NCBI GenBank assembly: GCA_965140445.1
Contig: OZ223236.1
Location: 3,586,498-3,650,497 of the forward strand
Origin: Candidatus Ozemobacteraceae bacterium
GTDB lineage: Bacteria > Muiribacteriota > Ozemobacteria > Ozemobacterales > Ozemobacteraceae
Direction: 5' to 3'
Length of the DNA: 64,000 nucleotides
Shown here: piece by piece, positions 59,865 to 64,000 of the stretch
How positions within the stretch are numbered: position 1 is the first letter of the stretch
Layout: each line of letters opens with the position of its first letter
Notes under the pieces: model-generated
Told to the model about the DNA's origin: nothing
Seen by the model: the letters and a program-made list of their open reading frames with translations, nothing else
The model's database searches: none
Made by a program: the position numbers and the translations under genes

Positions 59865-60647
59865 ATGAGACAATGGTATTACGCACCTAAAGGCAATCAA
59901 ACCGGGCCAATTTCAGAAGAAGAGCTTATTAATTTATTCTTAAACGAAAGCATCCCTGGCGACACCTACGTCTGGATAACAGGCATGCCTCAATGGCTCC
60001 CGGTAGAAAAATCTGAACTTTACGCTCTAATTTCTCAAGCTAAACAGGCAAGAGCTCAACTGATTGCTTCTGAAGAAATTTCACATCAAAGCCTATCTGA
60101 ACAAGGTGCAAAAGAAGATTCAATACAGGACTCCTATCTTGCTTGTGAAGATTATGAAGATGTCAGTTTAACAGAAGAAATATTTTACCCTGTCTCAATC
60201 AAAAAATTCATCTTAATGAGCTACAGCACTTTTGGTTTCTATGAGCTTTACTGGTTTTATAAAAATTGGAAAAACTTAAAAGAAAACCATGGTTCAGATG
60301 TTTCACCAACCGCAAGAACCATTTTTGCAGCCTTCTTTGTTTTTCCACTGGCAGATAGAATAAAAAAGCAACTCGAAATTAAATCAATGTCAGTTGCTAC
60401 CAACCCGATTTTCTTTGCCTTCGTGTTCTTTGTAATGTCTCTTTTCTGGAGACAAAATGGAATCACAAACCTACTCAGCTTTTTTTCATTCCTCCCGCTT
60501 GTTCCCCTACAAAACATGATTAATAATCTAAACAAAGGCATAACAGAGCCAGAATCAGATTTTTCAACTCTGGAAATCATAATTTGTCTGGCTGGTGGAT
60601 TGCTCGCAACCCTTGGGATCATGGGAAGATTTCTTACACTACAATAG
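59865..60647 (+). CDS. DUF4339 (GYF-like) domain protein with C-terminal membrane domain
   Basis: N-terminal WYYAPKGNQTGPISEEEL...GDTYVW motif typical of DUF4339, plus C-terminal TM helices. Confidence 0.45.
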   Translation: MRQWYYAPKGNQTGPISEEELINLFLNESIPGDTYVWITGMPQWLPVEKSELYALISQAKQARAQLIASEEISHQSLSEQGAKEDSIQDSYLACEDYEDVSLTEEIFYPVSIKKFILMSYSTFGFYELYWFYKNWKNLKENHGSDVSPTARTIFAAFFVFPLADRIKKQLEIKSMSVATNPIFFAFVFFVMSLFWRQNGITNLLSFFSFLPLVPLQNMINNLNKGITEPESDFSTLEIIICLAGGLLATLGIMGRFLTLQ

Positions 60648-60651
60648 GTGT

Positions 60652-61632
60652 TTATACAGGGCCCAAAAAGTCATTTAAAAAATGCACGACCTCTTTCAGG
60701 TGATTTCCTGCTGCCGATTCATCAGATAAAACGATTCCTTTATATCCCATTTCAATAGAATCATACAAATGAACAATTTCGCTTCTGGATGGAAATGGCT
60801 GATTCACCATCGATCCAAGGACTTCTCCGGCCAGAATGCATTCCGTTGCGGTATGACCTATAAAGCTGCCAAACTTCTTTTGAAATTTTCCAAGCTGCTT
60901 TAATCCTACCTCAGAGCCCAGATCTCCGCGACAAAGCCATAGCTCATCAAATTTATCTGCAATTTTAGGCAAATAATCAAAATTCTCGGGTCTTTCAATT
61001 TTTGCGATTAATTTCCTGCCACCGACAAGTGGACGAAATAAATCAGATTCATTCCCATCAAATACAAACGAAACTGCAAAATTTACATTCTCGTATTTTA
61101 GTCCGACTTCAATTGCATGCCTATCCAGATCAGTAACCTGAGCAAGCTCAAAATTCCTCGTAGGAGAATTAATTCCCTTATTGGCACTTAACGCCCCATT
61201 CTTTATTACTTTTGCTCTGATAGAATTACCATCTTTGCTTTGAACAATTAACTCAACCTTCCTGTCATTAAGCATAAGATGATCGCCCACCTCAGTCTTA
61301 TCAAATACGCTCTTATGTGGAACAGCTATCTGGTCAACGTTCACAGATTTTTCCCCAAAAAACAATTCCACCTCTTCTGGAAGGGCTTGCTGCGTCGGGT
61401 ATTCGCCAATACGTGTTTTTGCGCCTTGTAAATCCAGCGTCAAACTTAAATCTCTGTTCAAAGAAGACAAAACTCCATTAATTTTTTCGATTTGACTCTT
61501 TAAATCTTTCTGTGGAATATGAGCAATATTTAATCTAAAGCTTGTGGCCGCCTCGCTTAATAAAGCAATTGATTTATTTTCCGAAGAGGCTGGCCCTATC
61601 GTTAAAATTCTTTGCATGTGGTTTGTCTCCAA
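60652..61632 (-). CDS. Pyruvate-kinase-like barrel-domain protein lacking the C-terminal regulatory domain
   Basis: TIGPAS, IAKIERPENF and LWLCRGDLGSEVG are collinear with the PK motifs TIGP, AKIEN and MVARGDLG. It is only 326 aa. Confidence 0.5.
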   Translation of the reverse strand: METNHMQRILTIGPASSENKSIALLSEAATSFRLNIAHIPQKDLKSQIEKINGVLSSLNRDLSLTLDLQGAKTRIGEYPTQQALPEEVELFFGEKSVNVDQIAVPHKSVFDKTEVGDHLMLNDRKVELIVQSKDGNSIRAKVIKNGALSANKGINSPTRNFELAQVTDLDRHAIEVGLKYENVNFAVSFVFDGNESDLFRPLVGGRKLIAKIERPENFDYLPKIADKFDELWLCRGDLGSEVGLKQLGKFQKKFGSFIGHTATECILAGEVLGSMVNQPFPSRSEIVHLYDSIEMGYKGIVLSDESAAGNHLKEVVHFLNDFLGPV

Positions 61633-61807
61633 TTGCGAAAAAAATGCTTTTTCAATAATACCATTGTAGCTGAATGGCTTTTAAGAAATTTATGTCTGGA
61701 AATCTTATTTTTTAAGCATCATTTAAATATTTCTTTTAAGTTCCCGAAAAAGGTAAGATTAGATTCTTATCTGCTTACTAAACTACAAATTACAACAAAG
61801 GAGAATA

Positions 61808-62182
61808 ATGCCAATGAAAAAGCCACACAAGCATTCAACAACCTATGATGGGAAAAAATATACATGGGATGTGTATAAATTATGGGAATCATCTAAAGAT
61901 TTGCCTGTAAATGAAATGCCGGTTGATAAGCTTACAATTCTTGATAGAAATTGCTGGTTTAGCACTGCTCAGGATGCAACTGTCAGGGAAGTAAGTAAGC
62001 ATTGTCTGAAAGCAATGCAGGCTGATCTCTCATTTCCAGTAATCTTAAATGTGGATGGCACAGTTATGGACGGTGGTCACAGAGCTCTAAAGTGCATTCT
62101 CAATGGCCAGGAAACCATAAAATACGTTCAATTTACCCAGATGCCACCCGCAGATGACATTTGTGATCTACCAAAAAATTAG
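61808..62182 (+). CDS. Hypothetical protein, possible ParB/Srx-like fold
   Basis: MDGGHRALK resembles the ParB-type DGxHR motif, but the match is weak. Confidence 0.3.
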   Translation: MPMKKPHKHSTTYDGKKYTWDVYKLWESSKDLPVNEMPVDKLTILDRNCWFSTAQDATVREVSKHCLKAMQADLSFPVILNVDGTVMDGGHRALKCILNGQETIKYVQFTQMPPADDICDLPKN

Positions 62183-62216
62183 AAAAGCCATATTTGCGAC
62201 TTTAGTATTGCCACAG

Positions 62217-63707
62217 CTACTTTTTAGAAGATCTTTTTGCACTATCAATTTGTATCTTTTTTAGTTCTTCCTTGGAAATAGGTACACAAAATCTATTGTA
62301 TTCTCTTAAAGAGCCACATTGATTCGCAAACTCCAGATCAATGGTTTCTTTTTCCCAATTATAGCTTCCCTCTGCCTTGCCGAAAGCCTTAATAAACTTT
62401 AGCCAATGTTCTCCAGCAGCACCGATTTCAGCTCCTTTTGAACTAGAAATTGCAGCTACGGAAAGAATGCCAAAAGCATGATACCAAGGACCTATTTTAT
62501 CTCCAGTATGATCACCAGCTGGCCTAAGGTTTCGCAATTTTTTAACAATATCGCTATGCGGACGAAGCTTTTTCCTTAGCAAAAAGGCTTCTTTCATTTT
62601 TCCCTGTTTATTCCGTGCAAACATAGGGGTTAAACCATCGCTCCTCCCATTTTTTGCTGTTTCTTTTAAAACAGCATGGGCAGTTAATACAGCCAGTGGA
62701 TAGTTTCCTTTACATATGTCCAATGACTTTTTCATTACCTGAAAAGGCAACAAACTATCATCAGGAGAGTTTAAAATTTCTTGCCGAAGGGCTGCTTCCG
62801 TTTTCTCGGTTAGAGCTGCATAAATATTGGTCTTTCGATTTTCTGAAGGGATTTCATCCATTGCCATAAGCCTGGCAAGATCTCCAGTATCATCTTTCAA
62901 AAAGCCTTTAACCAGACCATCGTCAATATGTTTTTGTGTTTCATTTGGAACAACAAGCCTATTGTGAACACCAGGATAAGCCTTAACTGTTTTAACTAAA
63001 TTTCCAACACATGCTTTTATCCATCTTTCCCAGATAATTGGCGAAACACGCTTGTCCCAAACTCCTCGAAAATCCCTAAATTCCTCAATATCCTCAAGGG
63101 TCTTCGGGATATCTTTCTTTGAAATTGCAGCGCCCTGTAATTTTTCAATGGCCAAAACCGCAATCTTAGAAAAAATTTCTTTATAAATTGGCCATTTTGC
63201 TTTTAGATCGGTTTTATTTTTAAAAATGATTCTAAAATGGTATGCGTATTTTCCAACAATCCTGCCGTATTCTATAGAATCAGAACTACTAGAATGTTGC
63301 CAAAGTTTTTTTATTTCGAAACCTTTATCATCCTTGATTACTTCTAATTTCAATCCTTCACTCTTGTCATCATTAAAAAAATCCCAGAACCTTTCAACGG
63401 CATATTCTTCTCTTGCCGTGTGATAAGTAGGAAGAAATAAATGTATTTGAATGTGATCCTTGGCTTTTCCGCCAAAGTAAACGACTTCTAAAAGAGTATG
63501 AGACCTATGGGTAGTCTGAAAATTAGGTTTAATAGCAGATTCAAAGCCTTCAAACTCATCGGGAATGTTTAGATCTGCTATATCAATGTCATGCCCGGGA
63601 ATTGTGCCTGATTTATGAAATTGAGACCCGGCATAAAGCAAACTGTTACACAAAATCAGCAGGGTCAGGAAAATCCAGATTTTCCCCTTAAATAAATGTA
63701 TATACAT
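62217..63707 (-). CDS. Hypothetical secreted protein
   Basis: Signal peptide, 496 aa; I recognise no family. Confidence 0.4.
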   Translation of the reverse strand: MYIHLFKGKIWIFLTLLILCNSLLYAGSQFHKSGTIPGHDIDIADLNIPDEFEGFESAIKPNFQTTHRSHTLLEVVYFGGKAKDHIQIHLFLPTYHTAREEYAVERFWDFFNDDKSEGLKLEVIKDDKGFEIKKLWQHSSSSDSIEYGRIVGKYAYHFRIIFKNKTDLKAKWPIYKEIFSKIAVLAIEKLQGAAISKKDIPKTLEDIEEFRDFRGVWDKRVSPIIWERWIKACVGNLVKTVKAYPGVHNRLVVPNETQKHIDDGLVKGFLKDDTGDLARLMAMDEIPSENRKTNIYAALTEKTEAALRQEILNSPDDSLLPFQVMKKSLDICKGNYPLAVLTAHAVLKETAKNGRSDGLTPMFARNKQGKMKEAFLLRKKLRPHSDIVKKLRNLRPAGDHTGDKIGPWYHAFGILSVAAISSSKGAEIGAAGEHWLKFIKAFGKAEGSYNWEKETIDLEFANQCGSLREYNRFCVPISKEELKKIQIDSAKRSSKK

Positions 63708-63918
63708 TTAGATCCTCCAAATTTTTTACAGCTATCTGTAGTAAAATCATACACTAAAAATTAAGCGCTCGTTTAACCCTATTTTAAACAAGGCTTAATA
63801 TGATAATTTTTATAAATGAATTGATTTTAACCTATTCATTTTTGTAAAATTTAGTTAACATTAAAAGTGAAAGAAGAAAAGGAGGCTGTTGTACAAATCA
63901 TTCTAAAATGGAGGCACA

Positions 63919-64000
63919 ATGAAAGAGACACCACAAAACGCCTTTGATGACGAATTTGATGATTATGAAGAGGACACACAATCAAACAGGTTTCTAGAAT
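63919..64000 (+). CDS. Partial ORF running off the window (acidic N-terminus)
   Basis: ATG preceded by GGAGG; only 27 codons are visible. Confidence 0.25.
   Translation, partial: MKETPQNAFDDEFDDYEEDTQSNRFLE

Overview
This is a low-GC (about 38%) bacterial chromosomal segment, gene-dense and mostly housekeeping, with no transposase, integrase, CRISPR array, tRNA or rRNA recognisable. It probably comes from an anaerobe; a complete Rnf complex, a class II B12-dependent ribonucleotide reductase and sigma-54 promoters are present.

Genes across the window, in order:
- A DUF4340/GldG-like/ABC-2 permease/ATPase export operon on the minus strand.
- Two glycosyltransferases (GT2 and GT4) and a GAF plus degenerate-GGDEF membrane protein.
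- metG, tatD, aroB and nrdJ (class II B12-dependent ribonucleotide reductase).
- A secreted ComEC-like MBL-fold protein, a methyl-accepting chemotaxis protein (MCP), an AmiC-like amidase and aat.
- A complete rnfCDGEAB operon followed by plsY and an rseC-like gene.
- A B12-binding radical SAM gene, an FmdB zinc-ribbon gene and a YgjP-like gene.
- Two tandem secreted HExxH metallopeptidase paralogs and a CbpA-like J-domain protein.
- Cell-wall hydrolases (a second amidase, NlpC/P60), several membrane proteins and lipoproteins, a YcaQ/AlkZ-like winged-helix protein, a 1986-aa alpha-2-macroglobulin, a barrel-only pyruvate-kinase-like protein and assorted hypotheticals.

The most interesting feature is the ORF-free 1.5-kb gap at 28.4-29.95 kb between rseC and the radical SAM gene. 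It holds three tandem paralogous modules of about 470-500 bp. Each carries on the minus strand a near-consensus sigma-54 (-24/-12) promoter, a conserved roughly 40-nt 5' block, a variable core, a conserved 3' block with a hairpin, a CU-rich single-stranded motif (AUCCUCUCAAAAGAUCCUCUCAC), and a Rho-independent terminator whose stem shows a compensatory base-pair change between copies. Each is preceded by conserved upstream motifs that could be enhancer-binding-protein sites. I read this as three roughly 300-nt sigma-54-dependent small RNA genes of a family I do not recognise.
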